DNA of 64,000 bases from an uncultured delta proteobacterium (GTDB taxonomy: Bacteria; Desulfobacterota; Syntrophobacteria; Syntrophobacterales; Syntrophobacteraceae), in NCBI GenBank assembly GCA_963844985.1, contig CAWJQV010000016.1:5467-69466 (forward strand), written 5' to 3'. A program made the translations under genes and the position numbers. Positions 54,090 through 63,256 of this stretch are shown one piece after another. The notes below the pieces were generated by a model. It was not told where the DNA came from. It saw only the letters and a program-made list of their open reading frames with translations, and made no database searches. Every line of letters begins with the position of its first letter. Within the stretch, counting starts at the first letter, position 1.

Positions 54090-54419
54090 CTACTTCTTCG
54101 AAGCTGTGAAACCCGAATCGTCTCCCATATGGAAGTAGATCCTTCCAGTCATGGTTCGACCCGTGATCTGCGCCCACGCCCTCCCACAGACGGAGTCTCC
54201 TTCATCTTCGCCCTCAAATGAGAATTCGAGTCGCTCAACCCCACCCAACGGCTCGACCCGGCAGTCGACCTCGGCCTCGACTGCGCCGAATTGAAGTGAA
54301 CCCGTGCCATCGTCCCCGATCGTTAAATGGCCTGGCACCACCTTATCGATGTAGTCTTTGTCCCACTGTTCCATTTCCGTAATTCGCCACCTGCCTACGT
54401 ATGCCTTATTGGTCTTCAT
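54090..54419 (-). CDS. hypothetical protein
   Basis: MKTNKAYVGRWRITEMEQWDKDYID ... GRAWAQITGRTMTGRIYFHMGDDSGFTA. The start is placed at an internal Met of the 142-aa ORF. Confidence 0.45.
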   Translation of the reverse strand: MKTNKAYVGRWRITEMEQWDKDYIDKVVPGHLTIGDDGTGSLQFGAVEAEVDCRVEPLGGVERLEFSFEGEDEGDSVCGRAWAQITGRTMTGRIYFHMGDDSGFTASKK

Positions 54420-54530
54420 TCTTGTGTTACCCTTTTTTGGTGAGAACACAGGATATTGCGCCGTCAGGATATGGCTATAGAGCATTGGCGTCAAGCTGGA
54501 GCTATCTTCTAAATGCATTTTTCAACGGAA

Positions 54531-54657
54531 CTTGCCAGAAGGTGGCGCCAGACCAGACACACTTCGCATAAAAGTATGATCTGGAAACGGTGAAGATTTC
54601 GGCACTTCGTTTTTAAGCAAGAAGGAGCTGTGTGGAGTTTCCCCTTTCCATCCGAAC
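54531..54657 (+). repeat. junction repeat copy G
   Basis: CTTGCCAGAAGGTGGCGCCAGACCAGACACACTTCGCATAAAAGTATGATCTGGAAACGG ... AAGGAG-ctgt-GTG-TGGAGTTTCCCCTTTCCATCCGAAC. Confidence 0.85.
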
Positions 54658-54713
54658 GTGTGAGAACAGCGGCCGCGGCTGTGCCGCGTGTCCGCTGGAT
54701 TGATTTGTTGGGC
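54651..54713. other. attC-like site TCCGAAC ... GTTGGGC
   Basis: 63 nt; inner arms CAGCGGCCGCGGC / GCCGCG(TGT)CCGCTG with a 3-nt bulge. It overlaps the 3' end of repeat copy G. Confidence 0.45.
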
Positions 54714-54845
54714 TTAGATCGTTTTAGTTTTTTCCTTTGATAGAGGGACCATCCTCTGTTTATGATTAGTACAATAATGTTACAGAGGGCTATTAGGGAT
54801 CGCTTCGCATCGTCTAACATATTCGGAAAGGTTATCGCAAATAAT

Positions 54846-55884
54846 GCAAAGTGGGTATGCACTTTACTCAACCGGCCGAGTAGCGTAGCATGTGCTCGTG
54901 GAAGAGCAAAGACACCCGATTTCCGGCATTGATTATCCTGGAACGTTCCAGGAGTTTGAGGAATGGTTTAGTGGCGAAGATGCCTGCCTCGACTACATTG
55001 CCAAGCTTCGGTGGCCAGATGCTTTCTGTTGCCCCAGTTGCCGAGACACCACGGAAAAGCCCTCTATGATGGGGCGAGGCCTCTTTCTTTGCCGAAAATG
55101 TAAACGGCAAACATCTGTAGCTGCGGGGACACTGTTTCACAAGACCCACAAACCCTTGCGAACTTGGTTCCTTGCCATGTGGTTCGTGACAAGCCAAAAG
55201 CATGGAGCTAGCGCTCTCGGTTTGAAAAGGGTTCTCGGACTTGGCAGCTACAATACAGCGTGGATTTGGCTTCATAAGCTGCGTCGTGCGATGGTGCGCC
55301 CTGGTCGAGATCAATTGACCGGTGCCATTGAAATTGATGAGACATATGTTGGAGGCCGTGGGACGAAGGTCCGTGGGCGAGGTGCTGAGCGAAAGTCGAT
55401 TGTTGCCATAGCAGCAGAAGTCCGGGGACGCGGTCCTGGCAGAATACGCATGTCTGTTGTTGCCGATGTGTCCGCAATGAGCCTTCACAAATTTCTTTTG
55501 GATAACGTGGAAATGGGAGCTGAAATCCGGACTGACGGCTGGAACGGGTATAAAGGAATCGAGAAACTGGGCTTCAATCATATTGTGACAAATCTCGCTG
55601 CAAGTGGAGATCCTGCTCATGTGGTTATGCCTCGTGTTCATCGTGTTGCATCTCTGTTGGACCGTTGGTGGCTTGGGATTCACCAAGGGGCTATCCGTCC
55701 GCAACATCTTGACTACTATCTTGATGAGTTCACATTTCGGTTCAATCGCCGCGCCCCCAAAGCCCGAGGTCTACTCTTCTACCGCCTGATGGAGCAAGCG
55801 GTGGATTGCGCCCCCAGGCCCCGCCAGATGATCGTAGGGGGTGGACCGGTGGATGGTTGAGCTAAGTGCATACCCACTTAATGC
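54846..55884 (+). mobile_element. IS1595-family (ISXO2-like) insertion sequence
   Basis: Terminal inverted repeats GCAAAGTGGGTATGCACTTTA (54846-54866) and TAAGTGCATACCCACTTAATGC (55863-55884) flank the transposase gene. No clear target duplication was seen. Confidence 0.8.
54892..55860 (+). CDS. IS1595-family transposase
   Basis: 322-aa ORF with an N-terminal zinc ribbon (CPSCRD ... CRKCKRQTS) and the ISXO2-like DDE domain (IEIDETYVGG). Confidence 0.85.
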   Translation: MLVEEQRHPISGIDYPGTFQEFEEWFSGEDACLDYIAKLRWPDAFCCPSCRDTTEKPSMMGRGLFLCRKCKRQTSVAAGTLFHKTHKPLRTWFLAMWFVTSQKHGASALGLKRVLGLGSYNTAWIWLHKLRRAMVRPGRDQLTGAIEIDETYVGGRGTKVRGRGAERKSIVAIAAEVRGRGPGRIRMSVVADVSAMSLHKFLLDNVEMGAEIRTDGWNGYKGIEKLGFNHIVTNLAASGDPAHVVMPRVHRVASLLDRWWLGIHQGAIRPQHLDYYLDEFTFRFNRRAPKARGLLFYRLMEQAVDCAPRPRQMIVGGGPVDG

Positions 55885-56039
55885 AATCTTCTGTGGCCGC
55901 TAACAGTTTTGAAACGGGATACTCTCGAATCTCGAATCCGATACATGAGCCAGTTGTGTTGATAAAGTGATTACACAGATAGCCATAAGCCACAAGCCGT
56001 GTCCAGAATATTGGTTTAGTCTGGGGTGTGAACTTTTCA

Positions 56040-58058
56040 ACTTGAGTTTTCCAAATCATCCTCTGCGCAGGTCGTATCCAATGGAAAGTACGAGGATAAT
56101 TCCGTAAGGGCACGCTCGCCGGGGGTCAGGTATACTTCCCGAGCCCGAAGGCTTCAAAGAGGCGGCTCTGGACCGCGGACAGGGCAGTTACTTTCTTCAC
56201 CGTTTTCCCGTCCCCGTAAACGAGGATGATCATGGTAATGTCTTCCAGTTCCTCGATGAGTACCTTGCAGCTCATGCCGATGCCGTTTTCTCTCGCAAGA
56301 AACTGGAGCAGCTTGAGGAGAAGCAGGGCTAGGACACAGACGAAGGCATGGACCCTGATTTTGGAGTCCGTCCAGTGATAACCCGGGTGATAGGCCACAA
56401 GATCCCGGTCTTTGAGGTGATGGAAGCCGTCCTCGATCTGGCATCCACTTTTCTGGTAGCCGAGAATGGTTTCCGTTGTGGCGTCCTTGATGTTGGTAAA
56501 GACGATTTTCTTTCCGAAGGTGGCCTTTTTGGCGCGGACCTCGGAGCGTTTCCGCTGGAGACTGAACATGTTCTTCCAGCCGTTGTGCCAGACCCTGAAG
56601 TCGTGGAATCGCAGGGCTTGGGAACTACCGACTTTTTGGGTTTTGAGGAAGGTCCGCATCTGAGCCTCAACTTCCTTGGTGGGCTCCTTGGCAATCATCT
56701 CGAAGAAGGCTTTGGCCTCCTTCATCACTCGTTTCATGTGGAACTCGAAGATGCGCTCCTGCCGTTTGGCGGTTGCCGGGTTGTAGGTGAGAATAACCGT
56801 TCGCTCAGCGCCAAAAACCTTCTTCGTCGTGCGATGGACTTTAAACTGGCCAAAGTTGTCCGTGTACCGGCTCAGGGCAATGGCGGTAAGATCCGCATGC
56901 TGGCTGGGAGTAAGGGATCCTACGAATTGGATCTGAAAGCCCTGCCCCTCAAGGGCGGAAAAATTCTTCTGCGAGTTGTTCCCCTTGTCGAAGACGAGCA
57001 CCAGACTCTCGGCTTTCTTCGCCACCTCATGGTAACGGGCGGTGAGTTTCCTTACGGCCGTGGGAAAGAGAGTCGCATCGTTTTGGTGCCCGCAGTAGAC
57101 GCCGTGGAAGATGGGAATTCCGAGATCGCGAAGCACTGCCAACTGCAGCCCCACCTGTCGGTTGTTGTCCCTGCCCTCCTTGTTCTTCCCAAACTGAGAG
57201 AGGCTGTTCTCCGTCTCCGGCTGGCAGAAATTGTAGAAATTGGTGGTATCATAGAGCACCGCGTCCAGGAGGAACCCAAATTCCTTGATGAGGTTTTTCC
57301 AAAGTCCCTTTTCAATGGCTTCGATCTTGGAATCGTCCAGGACGGATTCGAGTTCGTCGATATCAAGTTTTTCATTGGGGGAAAGTCCCCGGCTTTCCTT
57401 TTCGCTGCGGATTCGGGCTTCGCTGATGAGTTGGTCATAGGCGTACCAGAATGCCTTGCTGTTGAGCTTTCCGGGATTCACCTTCTGAAGTTTCGAGAGG
57501 ACCGTCTTTTCGTACCACCTGCCCATGCTCTCCTTGGAAGTGTGATTTCCGACCCGGTTGATGGCGCCTATAAGGATGAAATCAGAAATGGAAATGCCTC
57601 CCACCTCCCCTGGAGCTACTTCGCTTATGATGTCTCTGAGTCCAACCCTTTCGGCCACTTCAAAAAGGGCCACGGGCAGTCCGAATTCCTTCTTCTTGAG
57701 CTCGACCGGATCGTAGAGATTCTCCCTGTCGAGAAGCTTCTTAAGGACGGTTTCGGCGGGTCCAAGGTAGATCTGTTCATTGACGACACGGCTCTTACCG
57801 CTCCCTTTGGTCTTGCCGCTGGCATCGGGGTCGATCTTGACGCGGTGCGACCTGGAGTAATAGTAGTAGCGCTTTTTCCCGCGCCGTCTCTCAACAATCT
57901 TGCCTGTGAATGCAGTCTCGTTAGTCATGTATTGCATTATACTGGATATAAGCATGCTATGCAAGCAAATAATGCACAATATTTATGACCTTACGGTATA
58001 AACCTCGGCGCAGCAAGCAACGGGGGGCATCGGATGGTCAATTTTGGAAAACTCAAGT
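56040..58058 (-). mobile_element. IS1634/IS4-like insertion sequence with long terminal inverted repeats
   Basis: Outer IRs ACTTGAGTTTTCCAAA (56040-56055) / TTTGGAAAACTCAAGT (58043-58058), plus inner matching CCGTAAGG(G/T)CA blocks about 60 nt in from each end. Confidence 0.7.
56126..57979 (-). CDS. IS1634-family DDE transposase
   Basis: 617-aa ORF (likely start MTNETAF at 57928) with KKRYYYYSRSH ... QIYLGP at the N-terminus and YDTTNFY, VFDKGNNS motifs. Confidence 0.8.
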   Translation of the reverse strand: MCIICLHSMLISSIMQYMTNETAFTGKIVERRRGKKRYYYYSRSHRVKIDPDASGKTKGSGKSRVVNEQIYLGPAETVLKKLLDRENLYDPVELKKKEFGLPVALFEVAERVGLRDIISEVAPGEVGGISISDFILIGAINRVGNHTSKESMGRWYEKTVLSKLQKVNPGKLNSKAFWYAYDQLISEARIRSEKESRGLSPNEKLDIDELESVLDDSKIEAIEKGLWKNLIKEFGFLLDAVLYDTTNFYNFCQPETENSLSQFGKNKEGRDNNRQVGLQLAVLRDLGIPIFHGVYCGHQNDATLFPTAVRKLTARYHEVAKKAESLVLVFDKGNNSQKNFSALEGQGFQIQFVGSLTPSQHADLTAIALSRYTDNFGQFKVHRTTKKVFGAERTVILTYNPATAKRQERIFEFHMKRVMKEAKAFFEMIAKEPTKEVEAQMRTFLKTQKVGSSQALRFHDFRVWHNGWKNMFSLQRKRSEVRAKKATFGKKIVFTNIKDATTETILGYQKSGCQIEDGFHHLKDRDLVAYHPGYHWTDSKIRVHAFVCVLALLLLKLLQFLARENGIGMSCKVLIEELEDITMIILVYGDGKTVKKVTALSAVQSRLFEAFGLGKYT

Positions 58059-58399
58059 CAGGGTGACCAATTTGGCTGGTACAGGTGCAGCGTCAAGCCC
58101 ATCCAATAGCGTATCCCCAGCAGGTCCCCCTAAAGCCCCGACAGAAGTTCATTGCCACAGGAGGGAACGCCCAGGCGACGGTAAGCTTCGCGCCACCGGC
58201 TTCAGACGGTGGGAGCCCCATCATTTCATACAAGGTTACCTCAAGCCCTGGCGGCAAAACGGCAGCAGGAACTGCAAGCCCGATAACGGTGAAGAAGCTC
58301 TCTAACGGGACCGCCTATACATTCAAAGTCAGGGTGATAAATGCAATTGGTACAGGTCCATCATCAAGCCCATCCAATAGCGTGACGCCGGTTGAGTAA
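58059..58399 (+). pseudogene. 3' fragment of a fibronectin type III repeat protein, truncated by the IS, with one frameshift
   Basis: VRVTNLAGTGAASSPSNSVSP ... ATGGNAQATVSFAPPASDGGSPIISYKVT ... YTFKVRVINAIGTGPSSSPSNSVTPVE-stop. It begins at the IS boundary. Confidence 0.6.
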
Positions 58400-58599
58400 T
58401 TTGCGCGACCTGTTTCTACTGTAAGGGTGCTGGGACTGTGAAGAGCTCATTAGCATCGGGTGGCAGTGGAAACTGATGTATGCAATTGGGGTTGGTGCCA
58501 GCATTGATCTCCGCCAACGTGGAAAGTGACGATGACTTACCCCTGAAAACACAACAGGCTTTCATCGTCAGGGGCGACCGAACGCCTGATCATGAAAGC

Positions 58600-58760
58600 T
58601 TAACAGAATCAGCATCTTAAGGTGGTGATGGCTCGTTATTGATAGCCGGAAGGTATCTTGCCAGAAGGTCGAATCTGAGCTGGGGCACCTCGCATAAAAA
58701 GCATGATCTGGACGTGGCAAATTTTCAGGACGTCGAGATTTCAGCTATCAGGAGAGGAGA
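58600..58760 (+). repeat. junction repeat copy H (full length)
   Basis: TTAACAGAATCAGCATCTTAAGGTGGTGATGGCTCGTTATTGATAGCCGGAAGGTATCTTGCCAGAAGG ... GCATGATCTGGACGTGGCAAATTTTCAGGACGTCGAGATTTCAGCTATCAGGAGAGG. Confidence 0.85.
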
Positions 58761-58787
58761 GTTGAATTGGGGGTTGTGAACTTTCAG

Positions 58788-58839
58788 TAGGAACCTCATT
58801 ACAGGTTTACTCAAATTCACCTTAATGAGATCGTTGGCC
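58788..58839. other. attC-like site TAGGAAC-CTCATTA ... TAATGAG-atc-GTTGGCC
   Basis: 52 nt; a 7-bp inner stem flanked by AAC / GTT boxes, 28 nt after repeat copy H. Confidence 0.3.
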
Positions 58840-59132
58840 GACAGTGGGGCTAATGAGACCGTCTGTCTCAATACCCGGTGGGTCTAAAGGATTCGCATTG
58901 CCTTCCCCATGTCGCCCCAAGCTACCATTGGATAGATTCCGGAGCATCTCGATACATCAAAACTCGCCATTTGCTCTTCGCCAAAACTTATCATGCTCCA
59001 GTCACACCCCCGCGGGCCAAAAGCAAATCTGTCTCCTGAAGGGTGGCGGAGTTGCGGATAAGGTATCAATTATTTCGATAACCTTATTGCTATGAACACT
59101 GCGATGCTTTATATACAAAGGTTACATTTTGG

Positions 59133-59159
59133 CCGCGGGGAAACCCCTGTGGTTTTTTT
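59133..59159 (+). terminator. intrinsic terminator-like hairpin 25 nt upstream of the ABC-F start
   Basis: CCGCGGGG-aaa-CCCCTGTGG followed by TTTTTTT. GGAG lies 10 nt before the ATG at 59184. Confidence 0.5.
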
Positions 59160-59183
59160 ATTTCAACATGGAGTCAAAAAAGC

Positions 59184-60821
59184 ATGATCAGTGCCTCAAA
59201 CGTGGCCCTCTCGTATGGCAAAAGGGTCATATTCAAAGAAGTCAATATAAGGTTCACCCCGGGGAACTGCTATGGGCTCATCGGCGCCAACGGCTCCGGG
59301 AAATCGACCTTTCTTAAAATCCTTTCAGGCGAGTTGGAACCGGACAAGGGCGAAATCATTGTCGGCGCCAGGGAGCGTGTGGCGGTTCTCAGCCAGGACC
59401 AGTTCGCATTCGACGAGGAAACGGTTCTTAACACGGTTATAATGGGCCATGCACGGCTATACGAAATAATGGCGGCGCGGGAGGCGATCTACGCAAAGGC
59501 CGATTTTTCCGAAGAGGATGGCATTCGCTCGGCAGAACTGGAGGGTAAGTTCGCCGAAATGAACGGCTACGAGGCGGAGTCTGAGGCCGCGGTGCTTCTC
59601 AACGGTCTTGGCATACCCGAAGAGATGCGCCCAATAAGAATGAAGGAACTGGAGGCCGGTTTTAAGGTGCGGGTGCTGCTGGCCCAGGCGTTGTTCGGCA
59701 ATCCGGATGTGCTGTTGCTGGATGAGCCGACCAATCATCTGGACCTGAAGTCCATCACCTGGCTTGAGGAGTATCTGTTCCGCTTTCCCAGCACGGTTAT
59801 CGTCGTTTCCCATGATCGGCATTTTCTCAATCAGGTCTGTACTCATGTGGCGGACATCGACTTCGGCAAGATACAGCTCTACGTCGGCAATTACGATTTC
59901 TGGTATCAGGCGAGCCAAATGGCGTTCAAACAGAAGCGGGATGAGACCCGTAAAATCACCGACAAAGCAAACCAATTGAAGGAATTCATCCAGCGTTTCA
60001 GTTCCAACGCCTCCAAGGCGAAGCAGGCAACCTCGCGCAAAAAGCTGCTCCAAAAGCTGACACTTGATGATATGCCGGTCTCTTCAAGGAAGTATCCGCA
60101 CGTTGCGTTCAAGCCCGAACGTCCCTGCGGCGACATAATTCTGGAGATAACGGGCCTGTCCAAGGCCATCGATGGAATGCCCGTGCTTAACGGACTTACC
60201 CTAACGGTGCGCAAGGGGGAAAAGATTGCCTTCGTCGGCGGCAACAGCCTTGCCAAGACGACGCTGTTCCAAATCCTGGCCGGGGAACTTGAGCCGGACA
60301 GCGGCAGTTTCCGCTGGGGCGTCACCATCACCCGCTCCTATTTCCCTAAGGAAAACAGCGCCTATTTCGATAATGACCTGAGCCTTGTCGAGTGGTTGCG
60401 GCAATTTTCTCCCCCAACTGAGGGAGAGCGCTTCGCCAGAGCGTTCCTTGGCAGGATGCTGTTTTCCGGTGATGAAGCAATGAAGAAGACCCGTGTCCTC
60501 TCCGGAGGGGAGCGGGTCCGCTGCATGCTCTCCAAAATGATGCTGGTTGGCGCCAATGCGCTCATCATGGATGAGCCGACCAATCATCTGGATCTGGAAT
60601 CGATCACTGCCCTGAATAATGGGCTGACGGCCTTCCCGGAGGTGGTTTTGTTTTCCTCCCACGATCATGAATTCATTGACACTTTGGCAAACAGGATAGT
60701 CGAGATTACCCCTGGCGGGATCATCGATCGGTCGATGGGGTTTGAAGAATACCTGAATGATGAGGATGTAACCGGATACAGGAATGAGTTGTGCCATGGC
60801 CAATGCGACCTCACTCTCTGA
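59184..60821 (+). CDS. ABC-F family ATPase (YbiT-like, two ABC domains, no TM domain)
   Basis: 545-aa ORF with two Walker A motifs (GANGSGKST, GGNSLAKTT), two signature/Walker B sets (LLLDEPTNHLD, LIMDEPTNHLD) and an inter-domain linker. Confidence 0.9.
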   Translation: MISASNVALSYGKRVIFKEVNIRFTPGNCYGLIGANGSGKSTFLKILSGELEPDKGEIIVGARERVAVLSQDQFAFDEETVLNTVIMGHARLYEIMAAREAIYAKADFSEEDGIRSAELEGKFAEMNGYEAESEAAVLLNGLGIPEEMRPIRMKELEAGFKVRVLLAQALFGNPDVLLLDEPTNHLDLKSITWLEEYLFRFPSTVIVVSHDRHFLNQVCTHVADIDFGKIQLYVGNYDFWYQASQMAFKQKRDETRKITDKANQLKEFIQRFSSNASKAKQATSRKKLLQKLTLDDMPVSSRKYPHVAFKPERPCGDIILEITGLSKAIDGMPVLNGLTLTVRKGEKIAFVGGNSLAKTTLFQILAGELEPDSGSFRWGVTITRSYFPKENSAYFDNDLSLVEWLRQFSPPTEGERFARAFLGRMLFSGDEAMKKTRVLSGGERVRCMLSKMMLVGANALIMDEPTNHLDLESITALNNGLTAFPEVVLFSSHDHEFIDTLANRIVEITPGGIIDRSMGFEEYLNDEDVTGYRNELCHGQCDLTL

Positions 60822-60910
60822 TAAATGTTGAGCCCTGTCTCTGGAATGCTTCATTTCTTCCCTGGTCATGTTTCCAAATTGGAACACGACCAGTGGCCTG
60901 ACAGTTACTG

Positions 60911-61627
60911 TTGGTGCTCATGAAACCTTGGGTGTTACTCGACGCTGCGCGGGCACCCCGTGACGAGGGGGAACTGAGACTATACCGGCGGGGTGAGGAA
61001 TTCTCCATCAGGGTCGGCAACCTTGAACTCATGAACAGTCGCGTCCATGGGTCGGAAGAAGCGCTTGGGAAGCTTGCTTGTGCAAGGATTGCAGACCGCC
61101 CCCGGCCTCGAGTCCTGATAGGCGGACTGGGTATGGGCTACACCCTGAGCGCCGTGCTGCATGGACTTAGCGCTCAAGGCCAGGTGATTGTGGCCGAACT
61201 GATACCGGAGGTGGTGGCGTGGAACCGCGGTCCCCTGGGGATCCTTGCCGGCCATCCGCTCCGGGACGACCGGGTCATTGTACGCGAAGTCGATGTTGCC
61301 CGGATATTGCGTGCGGAGCAACGTGCTTATGATGCCATCCTGCTGGACGTCGACAATGGCCCCAAGGGATTGACCAGGAATGGAAATGACTGGCTCTATG
61401 GCCATGGTGGCTTGAGAGCGGCTTCCGCGGCATTGCGGCCCGGAGGTATACTGGCGGTATGGTCGGCCGGTCCTGATCACGCATTCAGTGATCGTCTGCG
61501 AAAGACCGGTTTCAAGGTGGAGCAGGTTCGCGTGCGGGCGCGCGGTGCATGTGGGGGAGCGCGACACACCATATGGATTGCCGGGAGTGCCGCACAAACG
61601 GCAGAGCAAGCGTCCCCGCCCCGTTGA
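60911..61627 (+). CDS. spermidine synthase-like class I methyltransferase-fold protein
   Basis: VLIGGLGMGYTL, DAILLDVDNGP and GGILAVWS motifs. Confidence 0.65.
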   Translation: MVLMKPWVLLDAARAPRDEGELRLYRRGEEFSIRVGNLELMNSRVHGSEEALGKLACARIADRPRPRVLIGGLGMGYTLSAVLHGLSAQGQVIVAELIPEVVAWNRGPLGILAGHPLRDDRVIVREVDVARILRAEQRAYDAILLDVDNGPKGLTRNGNDWLYGHGGLRAASAALRPGGILAVWSAGPDHAFSDRLRKTGFKVEQVRVRARGACGGARHTIWIAGSAAQTAEQASPPR

Positions 61628-61766
61628 CTGTTCGCCATTATAGGCTGGCCTCGTGCCTGAAAAAAACCGTCGCCATCACGACCCATAATCTTTTTCTAAG
61701 ACCTTTATCAATGACTCTGCATCAAAGCTGCGGGGCTTATCAACTTACCAGGAGCAACTCTTAAAT

Positions 61767-63179
61767 ATGTCATTTACAACCCTCGGCCTTTCGGCCGAAC
61801 TACTTCATGCCATTGCCGATCAAGGCTACAGCAAACCAACTCCCGTTCAGAGCCGGGCAATCCCTGTTATCCTTTCAGGAAAGGACATCCTGGCCGGTGC
61901 TCAAACCGGCACGGGTAAAACAGCCGGTTTCGCTCTGCCGCTTTTGCAGCTCTTGAACAACCGCAGCAGCACAAAGGTAAAGAATAGCGTGCGTGCTCTG
62001 ATACTTACCCCAACCCGTGAGCTTGCAGCTCAGGTCGAAGAGAGTGTGGCGGCCTACGGAAAGTACCTGCCGTTGAAATCGGGGGTCATCTTTGGCGGTG
62101 TAAAGATCAATCCGCAGATCGGCCAACTCCGCCGAGGCATCGATATTCTGGTGGCAACCCCCGGGCGTTTGCTTGACCATGTTCAACAACGGACCGTGGA
62201 TCTCTCGAGAGTCGAGATATTAATTGTGGACGAAGCGGATCGTATGTTGGATATGGGATTTATTCGGGATATCCGCAGAATACTCACCCTGCTGCCCGCA
62301 CGGCGACAAAACCTGCTCTTCTTCGCCACCTTTTCCAATGACATCAAAGCACTTGCCGAAAATTTATTGAACTCCCCAGTCCTGATTGAAGTGGCCAGGC
62401 GCAATACCGCATCGGAGACGATTGAACAGTTGATTCATCCCGTGGATCGCACCCGTAAGCGCGAGCTGCTTTCTTTTCTTATCGACTCCCAAAAATGGCG
62501 GCAGGTCCTCGTATTCACCCGAACCAAACACGGCGCCAACAAACTGACCAAGCAACTTGAGCGCGATGGAATAAGTGCGGCGGCCATCCACGGCAACAAG
62601 AGCCAGGCGAACCGAACCCGGACGTTGGCGAACTTTAAGCATGGCGATGTCCGTGTGTTGGTTGCTACTGATGTTGCATCACGAGGGCTCGACATCGAAC
62701 ATTTACCGCATGTGGTAAATTTTGAATTACCCAGTGTGTCTGAAGATTATTTGCACCGAATCGGCCGCACCGGACGTGCCGAGCGCGAAGGAATTGCCAT
62801 ATCACTCGTCTGTATTGATGAGCGCGAGCAATTAAAAGATATCGAACGTCTACTCAAGTGCACAATCCCCCAGGAAATCGTTGAGGGATATGAGCCCGAC
62901 CCGTCAATAAGGGCCGAACCCATTCTCAGGGGCGGAAATAATCCAAATCAGCGCCAGGGCCGGAATTCTCTGCCCGGCAAATTTTGGAGCAACGAGGACA
63001 GTCCCAATCCCATTGGCAGTCGAAAAGGCAGCTTGGGCAAAAAGCGCTTTCCGGAAAGCTCCAAAAATAAAGAACCGGTGCGCGGACGCCAGGATCTCTT
63101 GAGAAAGCACGCGACGAAAGCACGCCGGACACCGCAGGGCTGCGGGACACCAAAACATGATCGCCCTTCGGACAGGTAA
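61767..63179 (+). CDS. rhlE: DEAD-box ATP-dependent RNA helicase (RhlE-like)
   Basis: Q motif, [29 protein letters not shown]-equivalent and HRIGRTGRA motifs, with a basic C-terminal tail. Confidence 0.9.
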   Translation: MSFTTLGLSAELLHAIADQGYSKPTPVQSRAIPVILSGKDILAGAQTGTGKTAGFALPLLQLLNNRSSTKVKNSVRALILTPTRELAAQVEESVAAYGKYLPLKSGVIFGGVKINPQIGQLRRGIDILVATPGRLLDHVQQRTVDLSRVEILIVDEADRMLDMGFIRDIRRILTLLPARRQNLLFFATFSNDIKALAENLLNSPVLIEVARRNTASETIEQLIHPVDRTRKRELLSFLIDSQKWRQVLVFTRTKHGANKLTKQLERDGISAAAIHGNKSQANRTRTLANFKHGDVRVLVATDVASRGLDIEHLPHVVNFELPSVSEDYLHRIGRTGRAEREGIAISLVCIDEREQLKDIERLLKCTIPQEIVEGYEPDPSIRAEPILRGGNNPNQRQGRNSLPGKFWSNEDSPNPIGSRKGSLGKKRFPESSKNKEPVRGRQDLLRKHATKARRTPQGCGTPKHDRPSDR

Positions 63180-63256
63180 GGCTACGCTATCCCACCATCG
63201 TATGTAACAAATCTTTGGGGTAGCCGCCGGCACCGGCTCAGAGAAAGGTCACACAG

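Noticed and set aside
54509-54871. 120-aa minus-strand ORF, and the similar ORFs 47280-47762 and 47137-47319
   Set aside because: They run through the junction repeats and attC-like palindromes and share only the repeat-derived segment (CLVWRHLLA). They are most likely artefacts of translating repeats.
58702-58707. The conserved TATGAT/CATGAT box of the repeats as a sigma-70 -10 element driving + strand transcripts
   Set aside because: No conserved -35-like hexamer lies 16-18 nt upstream in any copy. The conserved TTGCCA box is 35 nt or more away. The idea remains possible only as an extended -10 or alternative-sigma promoter, and the sequence alone does not support it.
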